From the IMG/VR virus record IMGVR_UViG_3300045988_154277: 64,000 nt of DNA. One strand, written 5' to 3'. How positions within the stretch are numbered: position 1 is the stretch's first letter; each line of letters begins with the position of its first letter. The translations under genes were made by a program, and so were the position numbers. This stretch comes from a virus. Below are positions 1 through 9,279 of the stretch, piece by piece. The notes under the pieces are model-generated. The model saw nothing but the letters and a program-made list of their open reading frames with translations, did no database searches and was not told the origin of the DNA.

Positions 1-3
1 AGT

Positions 4-1581
4 GTGCTGATCAGCAAGCCTGACTGCTGTGACTCTGGTGGTTACATCTATCTGTACTCCAGATTCGGTAACTGTACCATCGAAGATATCACAGTACACA
101 GTATCCCGTTGGCGAACCACACTTACGGTTCTGGAAACTTCAATCACAATGGATTCTTCAATATCGCATCGGATAGCAATTATCGTTCGCTTTCCAAAAT
201 TGACGTTCACGATGTGACCATGTATCTCTATCGCGCGAAAATCGATAGTGACTACGGCAGACATCGTCGACTACTAACAGGACAAGCGAACCTGTGGAAT
301 GTTCACGACATCACGATCGAGGAGGCGTCCGATGGGACTCAGTTAGAAAATGCTACAATCAACAAAACTCCCGTTGGGTATTTCTTGGATATCAATACAT
401 TCAATCCAGGATGTATTGTGGAGAACATAACCTGCAATCTTCCGAAATGCAAAGGTTTGCAGTTTTTCAATTACTACATTGGCTACAAGGATAGTGAATA
501 TAGTACGTTCTTTACCCCCAAAAGTCAATGGCACATCCTTCGCAATATTTCATTTATTGGAGTTGGAGAAGGTGAGGATACAACCAACACTTGGGGTAGT
601 ACGGATGCGATTGTATTCACCGCTAACGATGATCAGTCTCGACTCGACAACAAAGTTAACAATGGACTTAATCCAACCTGTAATCAGATGATCGTTCAAA
701 ACATTAATATCAAAGCGTACTACGACACTATTTCCAGTGGTTTTAGTGTTACAGGCGGTATGTTGGATATGATGAACAATCATCTACAGTGTCGAGTTGC
801 TCTAAGAAAGTGTACTGGTAAGATCGGTTCGATCAAAACTTACTCCGTTGGTGGGGCGTTCACCGACAGTGGTGGTGCCAACTTGGTGTATATCGGAACT
901 ATCACTTGCAACCGTAATAACCCAAGTGAACCATACACCGGTCAGCAAGCTATTGAACCATCTTGGAGATCTCAAATCTTGGTTGGCTCTACTAACACCA
1001 AGTTTATTAGAGACAACAACTTTGAAGATCTTGCAGCGAATGACGGGAACTATTATTACAATCAGAACGACCACATGTATCTCTGTACCTCTGATACACT
1101 GGAAGGTAACTTCGTTGCCCGTAATAAACCAGCGAAGGCAGAGACCTGGTCCGTCTACCGTACCGGTGGTCACTCTTGTACACTGCGGTTCCTCTGTGAA
1201 GTCTCAGATATCGCGAACTATCCTCTCCGTATCGGAGATCTCCCGTTCGCAGGTATCAAGAGGACCCTCCAGAAGGGCATCAACAAGTGTACCTTCTACA
1301 TGACAACCTTCGGGTATAACGACAGCACTCAGATCAAAGACAAGATGCGGTTCCGTGCGAAGCTTCCATCCGGTCTTTACGTTGGTTCCAACGGTGAGTG
1401 GTCGGAAGACAACGAGACCGTCTGGAACAACATCGAACTTCATACATCTTACAAATATACCTTCTACATCGAGATGGAAGAAGTAGGAGATGTGGAGTTC
1501 AGCTACCAGTTCTGGTGGTATATGCTCGGCGGTTACACCTATCTCGATCCGTTCCCTGCGATCGAGCTCATCTCTCAGTGA
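4..1581 (+). CDS. Tail fibre/tailspike-like structural protein; the N-terminus is cut by the window edge, so this is a partial gene
   Basis: Long ORF running to the window start. N/T/G-rich beta-rich composition typical of fibre or spike proteins. It sits immediately upstream of a clear fibre gene and is followed by a hairpin. Confidence 0.4.
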   Translation: MLISKPDCCDSGGYIYLYSRFGNCTIEDITVHSIPLANHTYGSGNFNHNGFFNIASDSNYRSLSKIDVHDVTMYLYRAKIDSDYGRHRRLLTGQANLWNVHDITIEEASDGTQLENATINKTPVGYFLDINTFNPGCIVENITCNLPKCKGLQFFNYYIGYKDSEYSTFFTPKSQWHILRNISFIGVGEGEDTTNTWGSTDAIVFTANDDQSRLDNKVNNGLNPTCNQMIVQNINIKAYYDTISSGFSVTGGMLDMMNNHLQCRVALRKCTGKIGSIKTYSVGGAFTDSGGANLVYIGTITCNRNNPSEPYTGQQAIEPSWRSQILVGSTNTKFIRDNNFEDLAANDGNYYYNQNDHMYLCTSDTLEGNFVARNKPAKAETWSVYRTGGHSCTLRFLCEVSDIANYPLRIGDLPFAGIKRTLQKGINKCTFYMTTFGYNDSTQIKDKMRFRAKLPSGLYVGSNGEWSEDNETVWNNIELHTSYKYTFYIEMEEVGDVEFSYQFWWYMLGGYTYLDPFPAIELISQ

Positions 1582-1610
1582 AGAGGAATCATTCGCCTGT
1601 TCGTTCCTCT
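1582..1610 (+). terminator. Stem-loop AGAGGAA...TTCCTCT after the first CDS; candidate terminator
   Basis: Inverted repeat directly after the stop codon at 1581. Confidence 0.35.
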
Positions 1611-1731
1611 CTAATCAAAACTAGAAACAGGTAACGACAAACAGGTTCGTTAACACAACAAGTGATCAAGGAGATCTGATCGTAGTACCATCGTTCTCCT
1701 TGGTCGAACATTAACATAAAGGAATTCACTT

Positions 1732-4700
1732 ATGGGTTCTATTATCAATCCCAACGAGAAACAAACTTGGGCTATTACAGCTCAAGGTATCACCGTTATG
1801 GGCAAGACGAAGTCTTACAACACCTACGAAGAGATGCTTCGTAGCTCCGATCCTGGTCTGATCAACTACGTAACGGATGCTTCTGGGGATCCCACTGTTC
1901 ACAGTGGATTCGCTGTGTATCGGTATTCGAACGGTATCTTCACCAAAATCTACGAAGGTGAAATGATGGATCCGGATCTCGGTATGGTCTTCGAATGGAG
2001 TAAGATCGTCAATGGCCCCACCTCTGCCCCTGCCGATATCGACGCTGCTGTTGAAAAAACACAGCCGATGGAGATCCAGAAAGATGACACCGGGCGGATC
2101 GTTGGTCTCGCGGTCAACGGCATCCTGCTCGCCACGGAAGAGCAGATCACAGAACTGGAAGGCAAGACCGCTGGTGCTCTGCATTTCAAGGGTGTTGTCG
2201 AGAACAAGGAAGCTCTTCCCACGGAAGGCAATGAACAAGGTGATGTCTACGTCGACAAAGAAGGCAAGGAATACGTCTATGTCGATGGGACTGGGTTCGA
2301 AGAGTTCGGTTCGATCACCGATCTGACCAACTACTACACCAAGGATGAGATCACCTCGATCCTGGCAACTTACCTTCCTCTGACCAATGGAGTTTTCTCT
2401 GGTCTGGTCTATATGGAAGAAGCGGCTACATCCAATGCTGCGCAGAACATCGTGGTTCTCGGCTCCAACGCCATCATGAACCGCATCTCGATCGGACAGC
2501 AGGATCCCACCGGGTTCGATGCTGACAAGCTTTACAGCTTCAAGTATTTCGAAGCTGGTCCGCTCGGTATGAAGGGATTCGTGAACTATCTGAAGTCCAA
2601 GGGCGTGGATGATGCGATCACCTCTGCGATCCGTACCAACGGTGTCCAGATCCAGGATACTGGCAAGAAGATCTCCGACATCCCGTTCTACCAGACTTTC
2701 CAGAACGCCAACGACGATGCTCCTCGCAAGACCATCCAGCTGGCGAACCACGATACTATCTCTGGTATCAAGACGGATGGAACGGGTGTGAATATCGCCA
2801 TGGTCAGTAAGTGGGATAAAGTGGATCTCGGATCCGCGAGTATCCAGCTCAACCTGAACAGCTCCGAACGTCCGACGCTCAACGATAAAGATCCGATCGT
2901 GATTCAGTCTGACCTTGCAGACTATGCGAAGTTCGAACCCAACACCTCCGATCCGAATCGTCCTGATCGCAAAGTTCTCACGCTGAAGAACGATGATAAC
3001 ATCTGTGGTTACACCACGGCTGGTGGCTCTGTCAACCTTGTTATGGTGAGCAAATGGGATGTTGCGGATTTCGGATCCACCTCTGTCCACATGAACCTCA
3101 ACAGCAAAGATGCTGTTACGGTCAATGACAAAGATACCGTCCTTACGGATGCCAACTACAGTGAGTTCATCACGATCCCGTCTCTTGAAGGACTGGCGAC
3201 GGAAGAGTCCGTTCAAGCTCAGATCGCTCAGGAAGCGGAAGATCGTCAGAACGCGGACAGCTCCCTGACAGCCGCTATCGGTCTGAAGCAGAATGCCCTT
3301 ACTGTGGATGGTCAGAAACTTGTTCTCACCGACGATGTTCTGGAACTCGGTGCGGATGTTGTTGTGATGCAGAATCCCTGGGATCCGAACCTCCCGGATC
3401 GTCGTCACATCGTTCTGAAGAACCATGACAGTATCGTTGGAACGATGACCACCGGCAACAATGGTACTCTGATCATGATGTCCAAGTGGGACAAAGTTGA
3501 CATCGGTACCACCCAGGCTCAGATGAACCTCAACTCTCCGAATGGTGTAATCCAGGTCAACGACGATGCGGTTGTCGTTACCTCTGCCAATATCAGTGAA
3601 TACGCTCCGGCTACCGATCTGAGTGGTTATTACACCAAAGCAGAAGTGGATGCCAAAGTTGCTGGTGTTCTGTCCTACAAAGGCACCGTTGCCACTGTGG
3701 AAGAACTGGATGCGATCGAAGCTCCTGCTGTCGGTGATGTCTATCACGTCACTGCCGACAAGGGTGAGTACGCGTTTAACGGAACGAAGTGGGAATCTCT
3801 TGGTTCCGAAGTGGATCTCAGCGTTTATGCGAAGACTGCCGATGTCACCACCGCGATCGACGCTGCTAAGACGGAAGTTGCTGCTTCTGTGACGGCAGAA
3901 GAGGAAGCCCGTTCTGTTGCGGATACCGCCCTGGACAACCGTGTCACTGGACTCCAGAGTGATCTGGTTGGTAAAGTCGACAAGGTGGAAGGTAAAAGTC
4001 TCGTTGATGACGCAGAGATCGCTCGTCTCGCTGAAGTCGAGAACTACGACGACACTGACGTTCGCGGACTGATCACCAATGTGACTACAAGTCTCGAAGG
4101 TAAGGTTGACAAGGTTGCCGGTAAAAGCCTGGTCGATGATGCTGAAATTGCACGTCTGGCGACAGTCAACAACTACGATGATACTGTGCTGTCTACGAAG
4201 GTTGCAAGTGCAGAAGGCAATGTGATCTCGATCAGTGATCGTCTCGCCTCTCTGGAAGCGCAGATCGTCTCTCTGAAACAGACCGATGTTGCTGCTGTGA
4301 CCTCTTCTGCGGATCTTGCTCAGGCTGACAAAGATCTGATCATCACGATCGCGGAACCGATCACCGGCACCACGACTGTGGAAGGTAAGAGCATCGAGGT
4401 CAAACAGCTGACCACGAGCAATGCAACCACCGTCTTCAAGACGGAAGGCGATGTCACGATGAAGAACCTCACCACAACCGGTGATCTTCCGAAGGCGACA
4501 GCGAACGCCCAGATTCGTATCGTCAGTGGCGACTATGTTCGTGTCACAGACAGCGCCATCGATCAGACTGGTTACAACGCGATCGAAATCGGTCTTGGAA
4601 CCGGATCTGGTCCGAGTGCCACGAAGTCGATCGTGATCGACAATGTGAAGTTCAACTCTGCACTGACGAACAACGCGATCAGCATCTTCGCTACGGAAGA

Positions 4701-5097
4701 CGGTTCTGTGATCACGATCTCGAACTGCACCTTCACGAAGTGCTCGAACCCGGTTCGTCTGAGCAACGCCACAGGTGGCAAGGTCACCATCAACCTGGTC
4801 AACTGTGAGTTCACCGAATGGGATAGCTCCAACGACTGGGCTGGTCTCCTGATCATGCAGGATTACACCAGTAAGTCTGTGGAGGCGATCCAGGCGAACA
4901 ACCTGTTCGGACCGGATAAGGTCACGATCAACGTGATCAACTGCACGCATGCCGGCGAGAAGATCGTCGCTCCTGCGAACATCGCAGATGTGTGTGGAAC
5001 GAAGAACGCTGCGACGCAGCTCTTCTACATCTGGAGTAACGAAGAAGGATTCGTCACTTATGACGCAGAGCGTTATCCTGTGATTAACATCCAGTAA
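1732..5097 (+). CDS. Large tail fibre / receptor-binding protein with internal tandem repeats and a C-terminal pectin-lyase-like beta-helix
   Basis: The RBS GGAAT lies before the ATG. There are three roughly 55-aa repeats (PNRPDRKVLTLKNDDNI...MVSKWD..D.G....MNLNS) and two roughly 38-aa repeats (GKVDKV.GKSLVDDAEIARLA.V.NYDDT). The C-terminal NxxxS/T-rich segment (NCTFTKCSNPVRLSNATGGKVTINLVNCEFTEW) is typical of a parallel beta-helix. Confidence 0.6.
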   Translation: MGSIINPNEKQTWAITAQGITVMGKTKSYNTYEEMLRSSDPGLINYVTDASGDPTVHSGFAVYRYSNGIFTKIYEGEMMDPDLGMVFEWSKIVNGPTSAPADIDAAVEKTQPMEIQKDDTGRIVGLAVNGILLATEEQITELEGKTAGALHFKGVVENKEALPTEGNEQGDVYVDKEGKEYVYVDGTGFEEFGSITDLTNYYTKDEITSILATYLPLTNGVFSGLVYMEEAATSNAAQNIVVLGSNAIMNRISIGQQDPTGFDADKLYSFKYFEAGPLGMKGFVNYLKSKGVDDAITSAIRTNGVQIQDTGKKISDIPFYQTFQNANDDAPRKTIQLANHDTISGIKTDGTGVNIAMVSKWDKVDLGSASIQLNLNSSERPTLNDKDPIVIQSDLADYAKFEPNTSDPNRPDRKVLTLKNDDNICGYTTAGGSVNLVMVSKWDVADFGSTSVHMNLNSKDAVTVNDKDTVLTDANYSEFITIPSLEGLATEESVQAQIAQEAEDRQNADSSLTAAIGLKQNALTVDGQKLVLTDDVLELGADVVVMQNPWDPNLPDRRHIVLKNHDSIVGTMTTGNNGTLIMMSKWDKVDIGTTQAQMNLNSPNGVIQVNDDAVVVTSANISEYAPATDLSGYYTKAEVDAKVAGVLSYKGTVATVEELDAIEAPAVGDVYHVTADKGEYAFNGTKWESLGSEVDLSVYAKTADVTTAIDAAKTEVAASVTAEEEARSVADTALDNRVTGLQSDLVGKVDKVEGKSLVDDAEIARLAEVENYDDTDVRGLITNVTTSLEGKVDKVAGKSLVDDAEIARLATVNNYDDTVLSTKVASAEGNVISISDRLASLEAQIVSLKQTDVAAVTSSADLAQADKDLIITIAEPITGTTTVEGKSIEVKQLTTSNATTVFKTEGDVTMKNLTTTGDLPKATANAQIRIVSGDYVRVTDSAIDQTGYNAIEIGLGTGSGPSATKSIVIDNVKFNSALTNNAISIFATEDGSVITISNCTFTKCSNPVRLSNATGGKVTINLVNCEFTEWDSSNDWAGLLIMQDYTSKSVEAIQANNLFGPDKVTINVINCTHAGEKIVAPANIADVCGTKNAATQLFYIWSNEEGFVTYDAERYPVINIQ

Positions 5098-5106
5098 CGT
5101 ATCGAT

Positions 5107-5138
5107 AAGAACAGGGAGAGACATCTCTCCCTGTTCTT
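5107..5138 (+). terminator. Rho-independent terminator (AAGAACAGGGAGAG-acat-CTCTCCCTGTTCTT followed by CTCTATTC)
   Basis: Perfect 14-bp stem followed by a T-rich run, directly after the fibre gene stop. Confidence 0.6.
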
Positions 5139-5166
5139 CTCTATTCAACGCTAACCAGGAGGTTCT

Positions 5167-5880
5167 ATGTTTAGCTGGAATATCAGAAAGAACGCACGTC
5201 CGTTCACTTACAAAGAAGATGTCTTCGTGAAGACTTTAATGATAGGGTTCCGAGATCACTGTCCTCGTCACGGAGCATTCTTACTGCAAGTGAACCTGAA
5301 TGATATCGCATTCAAATGGTCCCCTTACATGGAAGAACAACTGGAGTCCCAAGGTGTGCTGGGAAGTTGGGGATTGGGATCACCGAACACAGTCTATTTG
5401 GTACCTTATTCTGGTATCGTACCTCATACAACCGTATACACGATAGGTGATGAGAAAGCGATCATGACTGGTGGTCATCTGTTACAGCCCGATATGGCCA
5501 GTACCATCGTACACGAGATCACACATCGTTGGCAATTCAAAACGGCACCGGTCCGTTATCTATTGAACCGGTTATGTACTTTGATCTGGGAACACATCCC
5601 AGGGTTAAAGGAGTTGACGATCGAGGGAGATGTTGACCGTAATATCAGTGACAACCGGGAGGTCCATCAATTCTTCTCCTCAGTCAACCAAGCTTATGAC
5701 AACTACATCTATTACCAGAGATGCTTACAGCGAAGAGAGATCTACGAAATAGATCCTTCGAAAAGTGAAGAGGATGTCCGGTTATCCCAGGAACAAGAAC
5801 AATATGCGTCAGATCAATATCACCGCAACGAACCGATCTATCAAGATCTGGCGAAACGATTGTTCGATATCGTGAAATAG
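5167..5880 (+). CDS. Short (C-terminal-domain-only) member of the HExxH paralog family; putative zinc-metallopeptidase-like
   Basis: The motif TIVHEITHRWQ parallels TVVHECKHLWD of the four large paralogs. RBS AGGAGG. Confidence 0.45.
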   Translation: MFSWNIRKNARPFTYKEDVFVKTLMIGFRDHCPRHGAFLLQVNLNDIAFKWSPYMEEQLESQGVLGSWGLGSPNTVYLVPYSGIVPHTTVYTIGDEKAIMTGGHLLQPDMASTIVHEITHRWQFKTAPVRYLLNRLCTLIWEHIPGLKELTIEGDVDRNISDNREVHQFFSSVNQAYDNYIYYQRCLQRREIYEIDPSKSEEDVRLSQEQEQYASDQYHRNEPIYQDLAKRLFDIVK

Positions 5881-5930
5881 AACATATCGTGATCGTGTTG
5901 TGGTGTATACACCACAACACGATCACTTCG

Positions 5931-7052
5931 TTATACTTTCTTCAGATCTGGATCGATCTTGATATACCAACAACCTTTCTTGAATGGACTCCCGTCGAAT
6001 TCCGTCATTTGTTGGATCACGATCGTTTTTGTACGATCGTTCGATTTGAAATAAATCCTCGGAGGATCTTGATCTACTTTGTCATACTCCGAAAGACTCA
6101 TGTGGATATGGTTACGGATGATATCGAAATCTGTCACTTCCAGATACCATCTTTTCCAATCATCTTGAACGATCGTTTTATACCCTTTGGCTAAGCCTAA
6201 TCCAAGAGATGTGCACACCTGTACAGACTCTCCATTTTCAGACCATCTGGAGAGGATTTGTTCTTGTGTTAGCGTGCATGTTTTAGGCTTTTCTGGACAT
6301 TCACACTTGTTGCACAGATCTTTCGTGTCAGAGTCGATATGTGCCAATGTCTTAATATCACTGAATGCATGATCCAATAGCCAACAGATCATATCACCGT
6401 GACAGAGGGGTCCATTCTCTGTACCGTCAGCACACCAACATCCAAGTTTCACAGGTCCATCATCGATCGCACTTTTCTTATCTTTTAACTTCACCACTTC
6501 TCGCAACATTTCAACGTTCTTCAAAAGATAATCGGTGAACATGGCGATCACTTTGTAACGATCGTGGTTCGCATCGATCTTGAAGGGATTACCCAAGATT
6601 CCTACATACGAGTGATACGGACGTCCGATGTAGATATCGAACTCTTCCTTATTGACGTGCACGACACGACCAGGATGTGGTTTCACCGTATCTTCTTCGG
6701 TAACGTCCACAACCACAACATTACGTCCACGTTTACGACTCTCAGCGATCATGTGTTGTGTTCCAGGACTCTTACCGTCCCAGAAAGCGATCACATGATC
6801 ACTATTCCGGATCATCTCGATATTGCGGATCATACCAGCTTCGTGACCGAATCGATCCCACTGCGCTTCGTACACTTCACAAGGATGTCCGTTCATTTCA
6901 GCATACACTTCTGCCAACATATCAACACCTCTGGCACCACCACTGACGATGATCGCATCCTTCGGGATATACTGTTTCAGATAGGTATACACGATGTAGT
7001 AGTTGTTCATCGACCTACTACCAACAACGCAAAAACGTGTTAAGTTACTCAT
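5931..7052 (-). CDS. Fusion protein: N-terminal SLOG/DprA-like Rossmann domain (DUF2493-type, GGARGxD) plus C-terminal DUF4326-like Cys/His domain
   Basis: IIVSGGARGVDMLAE matches the DprA/SLOG signature. GNPF...LGCWCADGTENGPLCHGDMI matches the DUF4326 GNPF/CWC..CHGD pattern. RBS AAAGGAG. Confidence 0.5.
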   Translation of the reverse strand: MSNLTRFCVVGSRSMNNYYIVYTYLKQYIPKDAIIVSGGARGVDMLAEVYAEMNGHPCEVYEAQWDRFGHEAGMIRNIEMIRNSDHVIAFWDGKSPGTQHMIAESRKRGRNVVVVDVTEEDTVKPHPGRVVHVNKEEFDIYIGRPYHSYVGILGNPFKIDANHDRYKVIAMFTDYLLKNVEMLREVVKLKDKKSAIDDGPVKLGCWCADGTENGPLCHGDMICWLLDHAFSDIKTLAHIDSDTKDLCNKCECPEKPKTCTLTQEQILSRWSENGESVQVCTSLGLGLAKGYKTIVQDDWKRWYLEVTDFDIIRNHIHMSLSEYDKVDQDPPRIYFKSNDRTKTIVIQQMTEFDGSPFKKGCWYIKIDPDLKKV

Positions 7053-7201
7053 ATGTTCTACTCCTTTCGTAGATCAAGATTTTCTTCTCATAGAAAAGGT
7101 AGAAGTAGTTGAATAGAAAATGTTATGGTAGGTGTGAACTACTCCCACCTGAAAGAGAAGGTTTTCTGGTATATTCTACATAAACGAAAGGAGAAACTAT
7201 C

Positions 7202-7738
7202 ATGGAAGAACGTCCGTTCACTCTGGAAGAATCCGAACTGATGAAACGTCTGGTTACCGCTCTGATGATACATGCACCTTACATCCAACCAAGATCTTTG
7301 TTCTTGTCCTTGGATGAGATGATCTTCGTTTGGAGGAAGCTGGATGGGAACAAACGGATCGAACATCCGATCTGGTTGTCGAAAACGGTGTATGTACGGA
7401 TGCCTGAAGATGATACGAACATCAAGGAACACATCATTCGGATGGTTCCTCATTTGGTCAGACAATTCTACGAGCAGATGGACTACAAAGAACATCAGTT
7501 CACTCACACGATCAATCACATCCTCTACAAGGATCGACTCGGTAAATACCGAGAACAATATAGGAAGTCCATTTCATTTTACAAAACCTTGTTGAATGCG
7601 TACCGTGCGATCAAGGAGTATGCGAAATGCTTCAAAGGAGATCTCCAAACCCAGTATGAGTTAAGGAGAGACCTTACTATGAAGTACGGGAAGGGATTTG
7701 AGTTAGCATTAGAGATCTACGTGCGTTACATGATATAA
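7202..7738 (+). CDS. Hypothetical protein
   Basis: ORF with RBS AAAGGAGAAA, bounded by a terminator. Confidence 0.45.
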   Translation: MEERPFTLEESELMKRLVTALMIHAPYIQPRSLFLSLDEMIFVWRKLDGNKRIEHPIWLSKTVYVRMPEDDTNIKEHIIRMVPHLVRQFYEQMDYKEHQFTHTINHILYKDRLGKYREQYRKSISFYKTLLNAYRAIKEYAKCFKGDLQTQYELRRDLTMKYGKGFELALEIYVRYMI

Positions 7739-7744
7739 CAAGAT

Positions 7745-7777
7745 GGATACTTGGTGAGATCACACTCACCAAGTATC
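7745..7777. terminator. Bidirectional terminator hairpin (GGATACTTGGTGAG-atcac-ACTCACCAAGTATCC) between convergent genes
   Basis: Perfect 14-bp inverted repeat between the stops at 7738 (+) and 7785 (-). Confidence 0.55.
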
Positions 7778-7784
7778 CATATGT

Positions 7785-8222
7785 TCACTTCTTATCAGAT
7801 TCTTCTGATTTGACTCCGTAGATCTTTTCAGCAAGCGTCGCACTCTGCTCGGTAAGATTCGGAGAGGTCAGGATATCTTTCACATATCCATTCGACTGAG
7901 GTCCTGTCTTCATCTTCAGCACGATATCACCTTTGGCTTCTGCCTGAACATGTCCAGACGGTTGTGTTGTATCTTGTGTATCAGTCCGAGAAGATGCGAG
8001 CTGAGAATTAGCGTTAGTTGTAGTGTTGGTTTGTGTCTCTATCGTCACATTCTCTTTCACAACAACATTGGTAACATCCCACTGTCCAAGACGAAATGTT
8101 GGGATATAGCTACTACCATCCCAAGCGATCTCGACTCCAGTTCCACGAGAGTTGGACACAACGTTGTGTCCACACCCTATCACCAGGGTGAGCAATACAC
8201 TCAATAAGAATATTCTGTACAT
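7785..8222 (-). CDS. Lipoprotein (signal peptide plus lipobox LVIGC)
   Basis: N-terminus MYRIFLLSVLLTLVIGCG. RBS AAGGAG. Last gene of the patatin operon. Confidence 0.55.
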   Translation of the reverse strand: MYRIFLLSVLLTLVIGCGHNVVSNSRGTGVEIAWDGSSYIPTFRLGQWDVTNVVVKENVTIETQTNTTTNANSQLASSRTDTQDTTQPSGHVQAEAKGDIVLKMKTGPQSNGYVKDILTSPNLTEQSATLAEKIYGVKSEESDKK

Positions 8223-8225
8223 AGA

Positions 8226-8423
8226 TCACTCCTTGGGATGCTTCTGTTGTTCACGGATCGCATCCGCTTGTTCTTGTGTGAGGTATCCTTTTTCCACTTG
8301 TTCGATCAGCCATTTCTCATCGTTGCTCTGATGGTAGTCGTTCTCCATAGAACAACCGGCTGTCCCGATCATCAGGTAACCAGACGCCAAACAAGCACAG
8401 ACGAATAAGCGTATCGTTCTCAT
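8226..8423 (-). CDS. Small lipoprotein (lipobox GTAGC)
   Basis: N-terminus MRTIRLFVCACLASGYLMIGTAGCS. RBS AAAGGA. Overlaps the patatin gene stop by 4 nt. Confidence 0.5.
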   Translation of the reverse strand: MRTIRLFVCACLASGYLMIGTAGCSMENDYHQSNDEKWLIEQVEKGYLTQEQADAIREQQKHPKE

Positions 8424-9220
8424 TGTAACAATCCTTTCGTAAGTTCATAACAGTAATCTCTCAGTTGGAACTTCGGAGACCAGTTCAGAAGACCCCCTCC
8501 GAATCCATCTTCCGGTTGGATCAGAGTGACGTTCGGTTCATCGAAGTACTTTTGCCGTTCCAACTCTTTGTACTCACGGTTCATCACCCCATCCAACAGT
8601 TCCAGAAGTCCAGTGATCAACCCATCTTCTGTTGTATCGTTGTACACGGTCTTCGGACAGAGGAATACGAAGACGTGATCGTACTGACAGAGATTGTTCT
8701 TGGCTGGAGCTGGGATGTTATCAAGAACACCACCGTCTCCATACAGGATGCTGTCGATCATCACTGGTTTGAACAGGAACGGGATAGAGGTTGCTGCCAG
8801 AGCGGATGCTGGAGTAGCTGGCATATGGATCGACTCCCAGTCGATCATACGAGTCAGAGAGGTCATCACTCGCAAACTTGCCAGTCCAGTCATCTCCTGT
8901 TCCAACAGCTTCTTTACTCCATCATTGTCGATCATGTGTCTTGCACAAGAACACATGGTTGATAATGCTCCAGGAACACAGACGTGGAAGAACTCACTTA
9001 CCTTCCTGGTCTGCATCAGTTCTCTGAACCAAGCACTCTCATGTCCACTGTAATAGAGTGAAGAGAACAGAGTAGAACCGGAGCTGGTATGTGCTTGTCC
9101 TGGGATCATCCCATACTCTTCGAATGCTCGCATCACGCCAGTCAAGCACTCCACACTCATCATCCCACCGCCCTGACCAACCAACAGAACCTGGTTGTTC
9201 ATACTTTCAAAGATATTCAT
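8420..9220 (-). CDS. Patatin-like phospholipase
   Basis: Gly-rich oxyanion box LVGQGGGMMS, a Ser-containing GSTL region, and a catalytic Asp block YGDGGVLDNIP (DGGxxxNxP). I moved the start to M11, which has AGGAGG 6 nt upstream. Confidence 0.6.
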   Translation of the reverse strand: MNIFESMNNQVLLVGQGGGMMSVECLTGVMRAFEEYGMIPGQAHTSSGSTLFSSLYYSGHESAWFRELMQTRKVSEFFHVCVPGALSTMCSCARHMIDNDGVKKLLEQEMTGLASLRVMTSLTRMIDWESIHMPATPASALAATSIPFLFKPVMIDSILYGDGGVLDNIPAPAKNNLCQYDHVFVFLCPKTVYNDTTEDGLITGLLELLDGVMNREYKELERQKYFDEPNVTLIQPEDGFGGGLLNWSPKFQLRDYCYELTKGLLQ

Positions 9221-9279
9221 CTCAAACCTCCTATACATAAGGTTACACACTCATATCATTACAACTAGGAGGTATCAAC

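Noticed and set aside
1732-5097. Diversity-generating retroelement targeting the tail fibre
   Set aside because: No reverse transcriptase ORF and no template-repeat copy of the fibre C-terminus exist in the window. The repeats are in-frame tandem protein repeats, not a VR/TR pair.
1726-5148. 1140-aa ORF on the minus strand, antiparallel to the tail fibre gene
   Set aside because: It is a complete mirror of the 1732..5097 gene, which has an RBS, internal repeats and a terminator in the + orientation. Its translation is low-complexity and Arg/Val-rich, as expected of an antisense frame in a GC-balanced coding region.
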